DNA from: Desulfobacteraceae bacterium
Lineage (GTDB): Bacteria; Desulfobacterota; Desulfobacteria; Desulfobacterales; JAABRJ01
DNA: 64,000 bases
Direction of reading: 5' to 3'
Assembly (NCBI GenBank): GCA_022340425.1
Contig: JAJDNY010000172.1
Span: forward strand, 1,252 to 65,251
Shown here: one piece after another, positions 37,830 through 50,681 of the stretch
Layout of the letters: each line of letters opens with the position of its first letter
How positions within the stretch are numbered: position 1 is the first letter of the stretch
Translations under genes and position numbers: made by a program
Notes under the pieces: generated by a model
Seen by the model: only the letters and a program-made list of their open reading frames with translations
Databases searched by the model: none
What the model was told of the DNA's origin: nothing

Positions 37830-39472
37830 GGTGGGGTGGCGCATCTTTCGGCTACCTGCTGCGGGCGCCGCAGCATATGGCGCATAACCACGGTCTGCAG
37901 TCCCGAAAGGCCGATGAAATACCCTATCCAAGCCGGTACCCCCAGGACAACGGGATGGACCCGGCCCCAGGCCCAAAAATCCATTGCCAGGATGAAAATG
38001 CCGGCCTGCAGGTAGACGCAGGGGTCCCGCAGCCACGGCGGCATCCCCGAAGCGAGCGCCCACGGCCTACCGTGCAGCACGGCGTGGACGGCCAGATAAA
38101 CACCGAAGCTCACCAGCATGACCCATACCACCGGCAGAAAGGCCGGGCTGGGCAGCCACTCGAAATAGAAACAGACGACAGCCGCCTCGCCGGCGACGAT
38201 GGACGCGATTGCGGCGGGTGCAAAAACCCGGCGCAGGTAGAGCCCGAAGAGAACGCTGGGAAACAGCACCGCCAAGCCGGTGAAGGTCTGGGTGGCGATC
38301 TGCAGGATCGTGGCCGGCGGCTTGTAGGCCAGCGCCAGGCCGGCCAGGCTGAGGATCACGACCGCGATGCGCCCGGCCAGGCTGGTTTCCCCCTCACCGT
38401 GGGGGGGCCGGGTGGGGGGCGCCAGGTCGCGGGTGCAGATGGCGCTTAAGGTCAGCAGCTGGCTGTCCATGGTGGACATCAGGGCCGCCAGCCCGGCGGC
38501 GATCACCAGGGCGGCCATGAAATCGCCCGAGATCAGCGTCATGACCAGCGGCAGGATGCGGTCGGCCTCCTTGCCCGCAAGCTCCGGAAACGACAGGCGG
38601 CCCAGCACCCCAACCGAGATGGGCAGAAAAAAGACCAGGGTGCAGACCGTCGGGTAGAGGAGCATCGTGCGGCCAAGCGCGCGTTCGCTGCGGGCCGTGA
38701 AAAACCGTTGGAAAAGCTGCGGAAACATGGGGTCACAGAAAAACCACAGGAGGATATAGCTGAACCAGATGCCCAGGGTGTAGCGGCCCTGGCCGCCCGG
38801 CCGGGAGAAAAGCTCCGGGTTGAGGGCCAGGACTTTTTGGTTGGCGGCCGCAAACCCGCCATGATGGTCCGCCACCAGGAAAAGCGAGACCAGCAGCAAG
38901 GCGAACATCAAAACCCCCTGGAAGAGGTCCGTCCAGGCCACCGCCCGCAGACCGCCGCGCAGCGTGTAAAGCAGGATGATCGCGGTGACCAGGGCGCAGC
39001 CGTAAAAATAGGGCAGGCCCACGAGCGCCTCCAGGGCATAGCCGGCCGCCATGGGCTGCAGGGCCAGGTAGGGAAGGGTGAACAGGATCATCACCACCGC
39101 CGTGATCACCCGCACCACGCGGCTGTCGTGGAGGGCACCCAGCAGTTCGGGCGGGGTGACCAGGCCGCGCTCCCGGCCCACCTGCCAGATCTTGCGTCCG
39201 ACAATCCAGAAGGTCAGGGCCATGAATCCGGTCCCGAAACCCATGATCGGGAAAAAGGCGTAGCCGTCCCGGTAGCCGGCGCCCGAAGTACCGAATACCG
39301 TGAATGCCGAAAAATTGGTGGCCACCATCGTTCCCAGCAGCACCACCGTGCCCAGCCGGCGATCCGCCAGAAAATAGGTCACCGGCGACGAGCGCCAGCG
39401 GGTGCGAGCCACCAGCCCGATGATCAGAACTGCCAGGAAATAGGCGATCAGAACCCCGATACGAACCGCCAT
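37808..39472 (-). CDS. sodium:solute symporter family (SSF) transporter
   Basis: ATG at 39472 with RBS AAAGGAGAG. 13-14 hydrophobic helices. The N-terminal YFLADRRLG motif region is typical of SSF. Substrate unknown. Confidence 0.8.
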   Translation of the reverse strand: MAVRIGVLIAYFLAVLIIGLVARTRWRSSPVTYFLADRRLGTVVLLGTMVATNFSAFTVFGTSGAGYRDGYAFFPIMGFGTGFMALTFWIVGRKIWQVGRERGLVTPPELLGALHDSRVVRVITAVVMILFTLPYLALQPMAAGYALEALVGLPYFYGCALVTAIILLYTLRGGLRAVAWTDLFQGVLMFALLLVSLFLVADHHGGFAAANQKVLALNPELFSRPGGQGRYTLGIWFSYILLWFFCDPMFPQLFQRFFTARSERALGRTMLLYPTVCTLVFFLPISVGVLGRLSFPELAGKEADRILPLVMTLISGDFMAALVIAAGLAALMSTMDSQLLTLSAICTRDLAPPTRPPHGEGETSLAGRIAVVILSLAGLALAYKPPATILQIATQTFTGLAVLFPSVLFGLYLRRVFAPAAIASIVAGEAAVVCFYFEWLPSPAFLPVVWVMLVSFGVYLAVHAVLHGRPWALASGMPPWLRDPCVYLQAGIFILAMDFWAWGRVHPVVLGVPAWIGYFIGLSGLQTVVMRHMLRRPQQVAERCATPPQGTPAS

Positions 39473-39529
39473 CTGCTCTCCTTTCGGACCCTCTACGTCC
39501 GGCCGGCGGCGGACCGCCGGGCGCCGCAA

Positions 39530-39563
39530 TAAAAAAAGCCATCCCGTTCAGGTCGGGATGGCT
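39530..39563 (-). terminator. strong intrinsic terminator inside the 5' leader of the SSF gene (attenuator, riboswitch expression platform or small-RNA terminator)
   Basis: Minus strand AGCCATCCCG-ACCTGAA-CGGGATGGCT forms a 10-bp perfect stem followed by TTTTTTTAT. It lies 58 nt upstream of the ATG at 39472. Confidence 0.7.
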
Positions 39564-39643
39564 TCCGGCGCCCCTGGAAGTCAAGGGCGCAAAAAACCTG
39601 ACATAACCTTGCCGCAGACCGCCCCCTGGCGGCCGTTACATGT

Positions 39644-39673
39644 CTTATAGCCCCCGGTTCCGGGGCCTGTCAA
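39644..39673 (-). promoter_or_regulatory. candidate sigma70 promoter TTGACA-N18-TATAAG driving the leader
   Basis: Minus-strand reading. The -35 is a perfect hexamer and the -10 matches TATAAT at 5 of 6 positions. Confidence 0.5.
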
Positions 39674-39819
39674 GCAGACGTTCTGCAACTATCCCGGGAT
39701 ATTGTTTTTTTGGGGCTTGACAGGCCGCCCGGCATCGGTCATCAAGACCCATTCCCCGCCCCGGGGTCCCGCGTCCAGCGGCTTTCGGCAACCCCTGTCC
39801 AAGGAGCGCAGCAGCCCCC

Positions 39820-41034
39820 ATGAAACAGCGACTCAGCAGCACCCTTTTCGATCTGCCGGTGCAGGAACTGCGCCGCGGCTACCGCAGCGACATCTATTTC
39901 TGGCGCGAAAAGATGAGCCTTGAAAAGCACAACCTGCACCCCCAGGTCACCATGCAGGTATTTCAGAAGAAGGATGCCGTCCTGTGCGGCATCGACGAGG
40001 CGATCGCCGTCTTAAAGCTGGCCTCCGGCCATTACACCGATCATGACCGCGCCTGCAAGCTCTTCGACCGTCTGATCGAGCTCAAGCGCAAGGCCAGGGG
40101 TCATTTTCTCAGCAACCGGCAGACCTATCTGCAAATCCTGGAGCAAAAGCTCGAGATTGCCCAGCAGCTCGACAGCCTCTGGGTGGAGGGCTTCAGCCAG
40201 CTTAAAATCGACGCCCTTTACGACGGCGACCCCATCGCCCCGCTGGAAACCGTGATGCACATCAGCGGCGACGCCAGCCTCTTCGCTCACCTGGAAACCA
40301 TCTACCTGGGGGTTCTCGCCCGGCGCACCAAGGTCGCCACCAACGTGCGCAATGTCGTCAACGCCGCCAACGGCAAGATCGTTCTTTATTTCCCGGCGCG
40401 CTTCGACCACTGGGCGGTTCAGGGCGGCGACGGCTACGCGGCCCATATCGGCGGGGTTGCCGGGGTCTCCACCACCGCCCAGGGCGAGTGGTGGGGCGCC
40501 AGCGCCTCCGGCACCGTTCCCCACGCCCTGATTGCCGCCCTGAACGGCGACACCCTCCAGGCGGTCAAAATTTTCAGCGCCACCTACCCCGACACCAACC
40601 TGGTGGCCCTGGTGGATTTCGACAACGATTGCGTCGGCACCGCCCTGCGATGCGCCGATGCCTTGGGCGACAAATTGTGGGGGGTGCGCCTGGACACCTC
40701 CGAGAACATGGTGGACAGGTCCATCGTGCCCATCATGGGCAGCTTCAAACCCAACGGGGTTGTCCCGGAACTGGTCTGCATGACCCGCAAGGCCCTGGAC
40801 AAGGCCGGCTATCAGCACGTCAAAATCGTGGTTTCCGGGGGGTTCACACCGGAGAAGATCGCGAAATTCGAAGCGCTCGGGGTGCCCGTGGACAGCTACG
40901 GGGTGGGCAGCTGCCTGCTGGGCGGGGCCTACGATTTCACCGCCGACATCGTTCAGCTGGACGGCCGCCCCTGCGCCAAGGCCGGGCGCGGTTATCGGCC
41001 CAATCCGCGCCTGGGCGGTGTCGGGGAGGGGTGA
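39820..41034 (+). CDS. nicotinate phosphoribosyltransferase-like (type II PRTase family)
   Basis: N-terminal SDIYFWREK..., the WGVRLDTSENM motif (corresponding to the G-x-R-x-D-S/T-G/E region of NAPRTase/QAPRTase) and a length of 404 aa. Confidence 0.65.
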   Translation: MKQRLSSTLFDLPVQELRRGYRSDIYFWREKMSLEKHNLHPQVTMQVFQKKDAVLCGIDEAIAVLKLASGHYTDHDRACKLFDRLIELKRKARGHFLSNRQTYLQILEQKLEIAQQLDSLWVEGFSQLKIDALYDGDPIAPLETVMHISGDASLFAHLETIYLGVLARRTKVATNVRNVVNAANGKIVLYFPARFDHWAVQGGDGYAAHIGGVAGVSTTAQGEWWGASASGTVPHALIAALNGDTLQAVKIFSATYPDTNLVALVDFDNDCVGTALRCADALGDKLWGVRLDTSENMVDRSIVPIMGSFKPNGVVPELVCMTRKALDKAGYQHVKIVVSGGFTPEKIAKFEALGVPVDSYGVGSCLLGGAYDFTADIVQLDGRPCAKAGRGYRPNPRLGGVGEG

Positions 41035-41165
41035 AAAAGGGGGTGGACTAGGTTTTGAACATATGTTAATAACCATCCCATGTGTGCCATGACGCAAGGC
41101 GTTGGCATGCGTCTTCCTTGGCCACTGTCGGTCAAGGCAACATACGCAGAAAAAGGAGACCCCAG

Positions 41166-42527
41166 ATGAAACCGAAAGACAAATTGGTCATCATCGGATG
41201 CGGGGGCGTGGGCGGGCCGGCCTCCATGCTCTCCAAGAAACTCATGCCAGAGGTGGAGGTCACCAACATCCGGGATGAGAAATGTTTCATTGTGCGCTGA
41301 GCGCTGCCCCACGTTGTGGCCGGTCTGGTCACGGGCGAATCGATTGTGAATCCGGATGCCAAGCTGGCGGATGCCGGGGTGAAGGTCGTGGTCGACCGCG
41401 TAACCCGGGTGGATCCTCAGGCAAAGAAGGTCTTCGTGGCGGGCGGGGACGAATACGCCTACGACAAGCTGATCCTGAGCACCGGTTCCAGCCCCATCTT
41501 GCCGCCGTTACCCGGCAAGGACCTGGAGGGGGTGTTCATGCTGCGCTCCCTGCAGCATGCCGAGGACATCTGCCAATTCCTGAGCACCCATGCGCCCCGC
41601 AAGTTGACCTTCGTCGGCGCCGGCTTCATCAGCCTGGAGGTGGCGGTCCTGCTCAAACAGGCCAACCCGGATTACGAGATCACCATCGTGGAGCTTCTCC
41701 AGCATCCCCTGGCCACCATGCTGGACGCCGAGCTGTGCCAGCGGGTGGAAAAATATCTGACCGAAAAAGGGTTCCAGCTCCAAATGGGGAAGAAGGTGGT
41801 CGGCATCCAGGGCAACGGCCGGGTGTCGTCCGTCACGCTGGATTCGGGGGAAGAGATCGCCGCCGACATGGTCTTCATGAACGTCGGTGCGGCACCCAAC
41901 CTGGAGCTGGCCAGGGAGATGGGGCTGGAGATCGGCCGCTTCGGGGTCAAGGTCAACGAGTTTTTGGAAACCTCCGACCCCGACATTCTGGCGGCCGGAG
42001 ACTGTGCCGACAACAAGCACTTCGTCACCGGAACCTCCAACCCCGGCGCCCTGCGGGGCCCCGCGGTGATCATGGGCAGGCTGGCGGCCAAACGCCTGGC
42101 GGGCTATGAGATCCCGTTTCCGGGGCTGCTGAATGCGGCGGCCTGCAACCTGATCGATTGGAACGTGGCTGCCACCGGCCTGACAGAAGCCCAAGCCCAG
42201 CACGAGGGGATCGAAACGGTGAGCGCCACGGTGGATTCCCGGAGCAAGCACGGGATGATACCGGGCATGACGCCCTGGACCCTGAAGCTGGTTTTCGACC
42301 GCAACCGGCGGACCCTCATCGGCGGGCAGATCCTGAGCCGGGAAATAGCGCCGGTCAAGGAGATCGACGCCGTCAGTGCGCTGATTCTGGGGCGCAAGAC
42401 GGTCGAAGACATCACCGTTTTCGTCACGGCGGGCAATCCGGACATCTCCTCGGAGCCCAGCCTGGAGCCCCTGACCATCGCCGCGGAGCAGTGCTTGCAG
42501 AAGATGGGCCGCCGGCAGGGCGTCTGA
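41166..42527 (+). CDS. CoA-disulfide reductase/NADH oxidase-family flavoprotein with in-frame UGA (41298..41300), predicted selenocysteine
   Basis: RBS AAAGGAG and ATG at 41166. FAD motif VIIGCGGVGG. The two listed ORFs (41082..41300 and 41316..42527) share one frame and are separated only by TGA. FIVR-[UGA]-ALPHVVAG aligns with the CoADR active site SFANCALPYVIG. Second Rossmann motif FVGAGFISLE. Confidence 0.75.
41314..41334 (+). other. candidate bacterial SECIS hairpin
   Basis: UUGUGGCC-GGUCU-GGUCACGG forms 6 Watson-Crick/GU pairs plus 2 GU pairs. The apical loop begins GGUC as in the E. coli fdhF minimal SECIS (GGUUGCAGGUCUGCACC). The loop starts at +25 from the U of UGA. Confidence 0.55.
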
Positions 42528-42626
42528 TAACCGGTCCAGGCGGGGTCTCGGGCCTTTACGCACCGGGTGTCCGTTTGCAATTTTAGCGGCGCCTCCGGTG
42601 GGGGGGTGCCTTTGCCACCCCGCCCC

Positions 42627-42687
42627 AAAAAAACGACCGGCAGCCGGAGTTCTTTTCTTGAACTCCGGCTGCCGGCCGTTTTTTTTT
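42627..42687. terminator. bidirectional intrinsic terminator between the convergent flavoprotein and pyrG genes
   Basis: A-run, then CCGGCAGCCGGAGTTC-TTTTCTT-GAACTCCGGCTGCCGG (16-bp perfect stem), then a T9 run. Confidence 0.85.
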
Positions 42688-42713
42688 GGCACCGGCATCC
42701 GTGGCCGACACGA

Positions 42714-44366
<1,653 letters not shown>

Positions 44367-44551
44367 TCAAGCCGCCGTGGCAGCCCCCGCTGGAGGGTTG
44401 CCCCGGGGCCCTGCATAGGTGCGGCATGCCAGCCTCAGGGAGCGCTTCGGCGAGGAATCGCGCGCCCGCCGCCGTGGCCGGCAGCTCTCCCCGTGCCGAC
44501 GCTGGATACACCGCCGGTTGGTGGACGTTCTCGACGCATGTCCAGACGACA

Positions 44552-45406
44552 TCAGTCAAAAATCTTCTTGAAATCATCGAGGGTTTTTTGCACATCCCCC
44601 CCGCTTGGGGGCTGCTCCGAAACCGGAGCGGCGGTCGTTGCTGCCTGATAGCGGCGCTTGAGCTGCCCGAGGTCGAAAAAATCCGCCGGCAGGGATGGGT
44701 CTTTTTCCACCCGGCTGATTTTCAGCTCCCGCTCCAGCCGGTCGCCGCGGTAGAAGAGGATATGCCACGGGTACCAGACGGCGTTGGTTTCACGCCAGTT
44801 TTGGAAGCGGATGTCCAATGCAGGATCTTCCCAGGAATCGGGCGCCGCGGGCAGGATGAGGCGCATGGGGCGAAAACTGCGCTGTTCGATCCATACCTGC
44901 GGGGCGGAGAAGTCCGGGTAGCGGGCCCCGATCACGAAGGCGGTTTCCATTTCCAGGCGGCCGAAGCTGGTGACCGAAAGGTCCACGCCCAAACGGATCA
45001 GGTGGTTTTGGAGGCGCACCCGCTCCCGGTGGAGAAGCAGATCTTTGTAGCGGTCCGCGGCCGTTTCGGCCTCAGCCGTGAGTACCCCGTCGGTCACCGT
45101 CAGTGATGCGTCGCGGTTGACCACGTGCAGTCGCTGGCGGCCCTGTCCTGCAAGGTCCGAACGGAACCGGTCGGGAAACCGGTAGATGATGGTTTCGGCG
45201 AATTCGGCGCTGGGGCCCTCCGGGCTGCCGCCATGGACCACCAGGGTCTGGACGACCCGCAGACCTTTGAGTTTTTTCTGCTGCCGGGCCATCAGTTCCA
45301 GGACCTGGGGGCCTTCCAGGACAAAGGCCCCGGCAGGCCCGGGAACGTTCGGCAGCAGGCACAGCGCGGTGAAGAGAACCCAACCGAGGGGTAGCAGTCG
45401 CTTCAT
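44552..45406 (-). CDS. hypothetical secreted protein (a LolA/LppX-like fold is only a guess)
   Basis: Signal peptide MKRLLPLGWVLFTALCLL. No motif recognised. Sits between eno and pyrG on the same strand. Confidence 0.5.
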   Translation of the reverse strand: MKRLLPLGWVLFTALCLLPNVPGPAGAFVLEGPQVLELMARQQKKLKGLRVVQTLVVHGGSPEGPSAEFAETIIYRFPDRFRSDLAGQGRQRLHVVNRDASLTVTDGVLTAEAETAADRYKDLLLHRERVRLQNHLIRLGVDLSVTSFGRLEMETAFVIGARYPDFSAPQVWIEQRSFRPMRLILPAAPDSWEDPALDIRFQNWRETNAVWYPWHILFYRGDRLERELKISRVEKDPSLPADFFDLGQLKRRYQAATTAAPVSEQPPSGGDVQKTLDDFKKIFD

Positions 45407-45456
45407 GTCAGGGGATGTCCCGCTTGAACCGGGTGAAGAACGGCCCGTGATCGCCG

Positions 45457-46857
<1,401 letters not shown>

Positions 46858-47041
46858 TCAGGGCTGCACCAAGGGACAGGATGCGACAGAACGGAGGTTT
46901 GCCGGAACCCCTCGACGCAAACCCAAACACCTACCCGTGCAGGAGCGCCGGTGGGCCGCCCCCTGGCTAACTGTCCAATAAAGTTGATTGAAATCAATTG
47001 GTTGGGGTGTCGAAGGCCGTGGCGATTGCCCATCCCCGAGC

Positions 47042-47069
47042 TTGACAATTTGCGCAAAAATGTTACTCT
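47042..47069 (+). promoter_or_regulatory. candidate sigma70 promoter TTGACA-N16-TACTCT (with upstream TGT)
   Basis: Read by eye. About 100 nt upstream of ATG 47172. Confidence 0.35.
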
Positions 47070-47090
47070 GCTTCGCCTTGCATGTCAAGC

Positions 47091-47107
47091 AGCACGCCTG
47101 GCGTGCT
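47091..47107. promoter_or_regulatory. perfect 17-bp palindrome AGCACGCCTGGCGTGCT (possible operator)
   Basis: 8 plus 8 bp around a central T. Located about 20 nt downstream of the candidate -10. Confidence 0.35.
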
Positions 47108-47171
47108 ACTAAAAATATACCGGATTCAACCGTACGGTTCGCCGAACCACCGCCCATTCAGGAAAAAAAGA

Positions 47172-47597
47172 ATGACCGCCCACCAGACCCTTTACCATGA
47201 TGCCCATCTCGTGGTTGCTGCCATTCGCGTTCTCGAACATCAGCACCAGGCCCCGCCGACTCTCGAGGCTGTCTGCGGGAGTCTGTCGTACCCTCTTGAA
47301 AAAGGCAACCGCATCTGCCTTAAACTGCATGAAATGGGGATTCTGCGCCTGGTGGAGGGCGGCTACGGTGTCAGGCTGTTTATCCGGGATCACCTGAAAC
47401 TGGAGGACCTTCCCCGTGAAGCGGCGGGCCCGTCTTTGGAGGACGCCCTCGAGGATTTCCGCCGCACCCGCCTGGCAACCGACCGGTCTTTGGACGCCCT
47501 CAAGGCCGAGCAGCAGAAATTGAAGGAGGGGCGGGTTTCCGCGATCGAAAAAAAGCTGCGGGAAGAGTTGCGCAAAGGCAAATCCGAGAGCACTTGA
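47172..47597 (+). CDS. hypothetical protein (141 aa), first gene of the NfeD/FloA cluster
   Basis: ATG at 47172. Helical product with a C-terminal charged coiled-coil. No motif recognised. Confidence 0.5.
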   Translation: MTAHQTLYHDAHLVVAAIRVLEHQHQAPPTLEAVCGSLSYPLEKGNRICLKLHEMGILRLVEGGYGVRLFIRDHLKLEDLPREAAGPSLEDALEDFRRTRLATDRSLDALKAEQQKLKEGRVSAIEKKLREELRKGKSEST

Positions 47598-47762
47598 GGC
47601 CCTCGCCATCCGCCAATTGCCCGCGCCGGCTAACGGGCCCCGGGGCTTGCCCGCCACACCGCAAAAAGCGTCATCATCGCTCACTTCTGAGGGTTGCGGT
47701 AATCGAGAATTTTACAAGATGAGGGCTTGTTTTTTCGAGGCCTTGGATGCGAAGTCAGTGCC

Positions 47763-49166
47763 ATGCATAATGCCATGAGCAGTTGGATGCAGCGATTGCT
47801 GATTGTCGGCCTCGGCCTGCTCGCCACCCTGGAATTCGGCCTGGGATTCGGCCGGTTTTCCTCCGCGCAGGGGACGCCTGCGGTTTACGTTGCGCCGATT
47901 CAGGGAACCATCGACTTGGGTCTCGCACCTTTTGTCGCGCGCACGCTCCAGGAGGCCACCGATGCCGGCGCTGCGGCCGTGATTTTTGAGATCAACACCT
48001 TTGGTGGGAGGGTGGATGCGGCGGTCCTTATCCGCGACGCGCTGCTCAATGCCCGGGTTCGGACCGTTGCCTTTGTGAACAAGCGCGCCATCTCCGCCGG
48101 CGCCCTCATCGGTCTGGCGGCCGAGACGATCGTCATGACCGACGGCGCCACGATCGGGGCCGCCACCCCGGTAAAGATGGGAGAGCCCGGTGCCTCCCCT
48201 CAACCGGTGGAGGAGAAGACCGTTTCCTATGTACGAAAGGAATTCAGCGCCACAGCCGAGGCCCGCAAGCGGCCCCCACTTATCGCCGAGGCGATGGTGG
48301 ATGCGGACGTCGAGATCCCCGGCGTCTCCGAGAAAGGCAAACTCCTGACCCTGACCACCGACGAAGCCATCAAACTTAAAGTTGCGGATTTACGCGCCCC
48401 GACCCTGGAGCGCTTGCTGGATCAGTTGGATCTTGCGGGGGCTGAAGTGCGGCGGGTGTCGCCCAACTGGGCGGAGGATTTGGTCCGATTCCTGACAGGC
48501 CCCGTCATCAGTTCGCTGCTCATCACGATCGGCATGCTTGGGATTATCCTGGAAATCCGCACCCCGGGCTTCGGCGTGCCCGGATTCCTGGGCATCGCAA
48601 GTCTGGCCCTTTTCTTTTGGGGTCACTGGCTGGTTCAACTGGCGGGCTGGGAAGAATTGCTGCTGCTGGGTGCCGGTGTCGTGCTGGTGGTCTTGGAGGT
48701 ATTTTTCATTCCGGGCTTTGGTATCGCCGGGGTGCTGGGGAGTGTGGCCCTCCTGGCGGGCCTGAGCCTGAGCCTGATGGGAGATGGGGTCACGTGGGAT
48801 TTCGCCCTCAGGGCAGTGGGGCGCGTTGTTTTTTCCCTGCTTTTAGCCGTGGTGGCAACTCTGGTTTCGCTGCGCTTTCTGCCGCGCCTGCCCTTCGGTC
48901 GACGCCTGATTCTGGAGACCGCGCTTCCGTCGGATCAAGGCTACTCCTCTGCGCCTGCGGGGGACAAGAGTTGGCTGGGGAAGGTCGGGACAGCGGTCTC
49001 GCCTCTGCGGCCGGCGGGCATCGCCGAGATCGAAGGTGAGCGGTTGGATGTGGTGTCCGACGGGGAGTTGGTCGAGCCCGGGGCGCCGATTGTCGTGACC
49101 CGTGTGGATGGCAATCGCATTGTCGTGCGGCGCCGGCGCACACCAACAGAAAGGAGTCAAGGATGA
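47763..49166 (+). CDS. NfeD-family membrane-bound ClpP-class serine protease
   Basis: ClpP-like N-domain ([20 protein letters not shown]...[13 protein letters not shown]...AISAGALI), central TM helices and a C-terminal NfeD OB-domain. The start is uncertain: the first ATG is chosen, and the listed start 47727 is TTG. Confidence 0.8.
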   Translation: MHNAMSSWMQRLLIVGLGLLATLEFGLGFGRFSSAQGTPAVYVAPIQGTIDLGLAPFVARTLQEATDAGAAAVIFEINTFGGRVDAAVLIRDALLNARVRTVAFVNKRAISAGALIGLAAETIVMTDGATIGAATPVKMGEPGASPQPVEEKTVSYVRKEFSATAEARKRPPLIAEAMVDADVEIPGVSEKGKLLTLTTDEAIKLKVADLRAPTLERLLDQLDLAGAEVRRVSPNWAEDLVRFLTGPVISSLLITIGMLGIILEIRTPGFGVPGFLGIASLALFFWGHWLVQLAGWEELLLLGAGVVLVVLEVFFIPGFGIAGVLGSVALLAGLSLSLMGDGVTWDFALRAVGRVVFSLLLAVVATLVSLRFLPRLPFGRRLILETALPSDQGYSSAPAGDKSWLGKVGTAVSPLRPAGIAEIEGERLDVVSDGELVEPGAPIVVTRVDGNRIVVRRRRTPTERSQG

Positions 49167-50143
49167 TAGGATTCGAGACGGGTATCGCCGGCGGTGTTAT
49201 TTTGTTGGTGGCGATTCTGGCGGTCTTGGGCTTTGTCCTTTACCTGGTTCCCGTCCCGCTTTGGATCGCCGCCTGGGCATCGGGTGCCTATGTGGGACTT
49301 ATGACCCTCGTCGGGATGCGGTTCAGGCGGGTACCGCCCAGCATCGTCGTCACGGGGCGCATCAGTGCGGCCAAGGCCGGGCTGCCCCTGCCGATCAACG
49401 ATTTGGAAGCGCACTATCTGGCCGGTGGAGACGTGGTCCGGGTCGTCACGGCCCTCATTTCAGCGGACAAGGCCAACATCCCCCTGCCTTTCAATCGTGC
49501 CGCCGCCATCGATTTGGCCGGGCGCGACATCGTGGAGGCGGTCAAGATGTCGGTCACCCCTAAGGTCATCGAGACGCCCAAAATAGCCGCCGTGGCCAAG
49601 GACGGGATCCAGCTCATCGCGGTCTCGCGCGTGACCGTCCGCACCAACCTCGACCGTCTGGTGGGCGGCGCGGGGGAAGAAACTATCATTGCGCGCGTCG
49701 GGGAGGGCATGGTCAGCACCATCGGTTCTGCGGCGACGCACAAGGATGTGCTGGAAAATCCGGATCACATCTCCAAACATATTTTGGCAAAGGGGCTGGA
49801 TTCGGGGACCGCCTATGAGATCCTCTCGATTGACATTGCGGATGTGGACGTCGGCGAGAACATCGGCGCCAAACTGCAAATCGACCAAGCCAATGCCGAC
49901 AAGCAAATCGCGCAGGCCAAAGCCGAGGAGCGACGCGCCATGGCGGTTGCTTTGGAGCAGGAAATGCGGGCCCGGGTGGTTGAGGCGGAGGCCGAAGTGC
50001 CACGCGCCATGGCGGAGGCTTTTCGCCAGGGAAATCTCGGCATCATGGACTACTACAAGATGAAAAATGTGCAGGCCGATACGGCCATGCGCGATGCCAT
50101 CGCCGGCACGGATGAAAAGCCCGATAGGACCCCGAAAAAATAA
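49163..50143 (+). CDS. floA: flotillin-like protein FloA (UPF0365, SPFH superfamily)
   Basis: [28 protein letters not shown]...AIDLAGRD...IIARVGEG...[11 protein letters not shown]...[12 protein letters not shown] matches the FloA pattern. Start overlaps the nfeD stop (ATGA). RBS AAAGGAG. Confidence 0.9.
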   Translation: MIGFETGIAGGVILLVAILAVLGFVLYLVPVPLWIAAWASGAYVGLMTLVGMRFRRVPPSIVVTGRISAAKAGLPLPINDLEAHYLAGGDVVRVVTALISADKANIPLPFNRAAAIDLAGRDIVEAVKMSVTPKVIETPKIAAVAKDGIQLIAVSRVTVRTNLDRLVGGAGEETIIARVGEGMVSTIGSAATHKDVLENPDHISKHILAKGLDSGTAYEILSIDIADVDVGENIGAKLQIDQANADKQIAQAKAEERRAMAVALEQEMRARVVEAEAEVPRAMAEAFRQGNLGIMDYYKMKNVQADTAMRDAIAGTDEKPDRTPKK

Positions 50144-50154
50144 GGGAGGACGCT

Positions 50155-50514
50155 GTGGGAGAATTGAACTTCGGTCAGATCGTTTTTATGGTCGGCTTCA
50201 TCGTGCTGCTGCTGATCAGGTTTTTGCGCCAGCGAGCCCGGCGGCGCCTGGAGAGTCGAGAGCCGGATCAAATGGTGCCGGAGGCGTCCGCGGCGCCGCT
50301 TCGCCGTCAGACCCAAGCACCTCCCGGGCCGCAGTCGACACCGCGTTCGTCGGGCGGCCGCGTGCGCGAATCGCGGATGCAAAGTACTCGCCCCCCGCTT
50401 GGGGAGTGTCATTTTATCAAAAAAACGCTTTTGGAAAACCCGCACGATGCGCGCCGCGGCATCATTCTCATGACACTCCTGGGACCTTGTCGGGCGTTCG
50501 ATCCACGGGAATAG
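50155..50514 (+). CDS. hypothetical small membrane-anchored protein
   Basis: GTG start with RBS AAGGGAGGA. One N-terminal TM helix, then a basic, low-complexity tail. Confidence 0.45.
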   Translation: MGELNFGQIVFMVGFIVLLLIRFLRQRARRRLESREPDQMVPEASAAPLRRQTQAPPGPQSTPRSSGGRVRESRMQSTRPPLGECHFIKKTLLENPHDARRGIILMTLLGPCRAFDPRE

Positions 50515-50681
50515 CCTTGCCAGGCAGCCAAGGCCGTGGTGTGCCCTCGTATTGGCGCAGCGGCCGAAAGGGGTTCCGCCCCCTGTTACCGGCCTGAAAC
50601 CGTAATAAACAAACGCTACCGACACCCGGGCCTGGAGATCCATCGGGGTCTATCCACAAACGACCATCCGGAAACAAGCCC

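Noticed and set aside
41082-41165. Upstream extension of the flavoprotein ORF (MCHDARRWHASS...)
   Set aside because: There is no RBS. ATG 41166 has AAAGGAG at ideal spacing and places the GxGxxG motif at the N-terminus, as in homologs.
50648-50660. DnaA-box-like 9-mer CTATCCACA (and TTATCCACC near 2466)
   Set aside because: These are single, isolated 8-of-9 matches with no clustering or AT-rich DUE. There is no evidence for an origin despite the parAB genes in the window.
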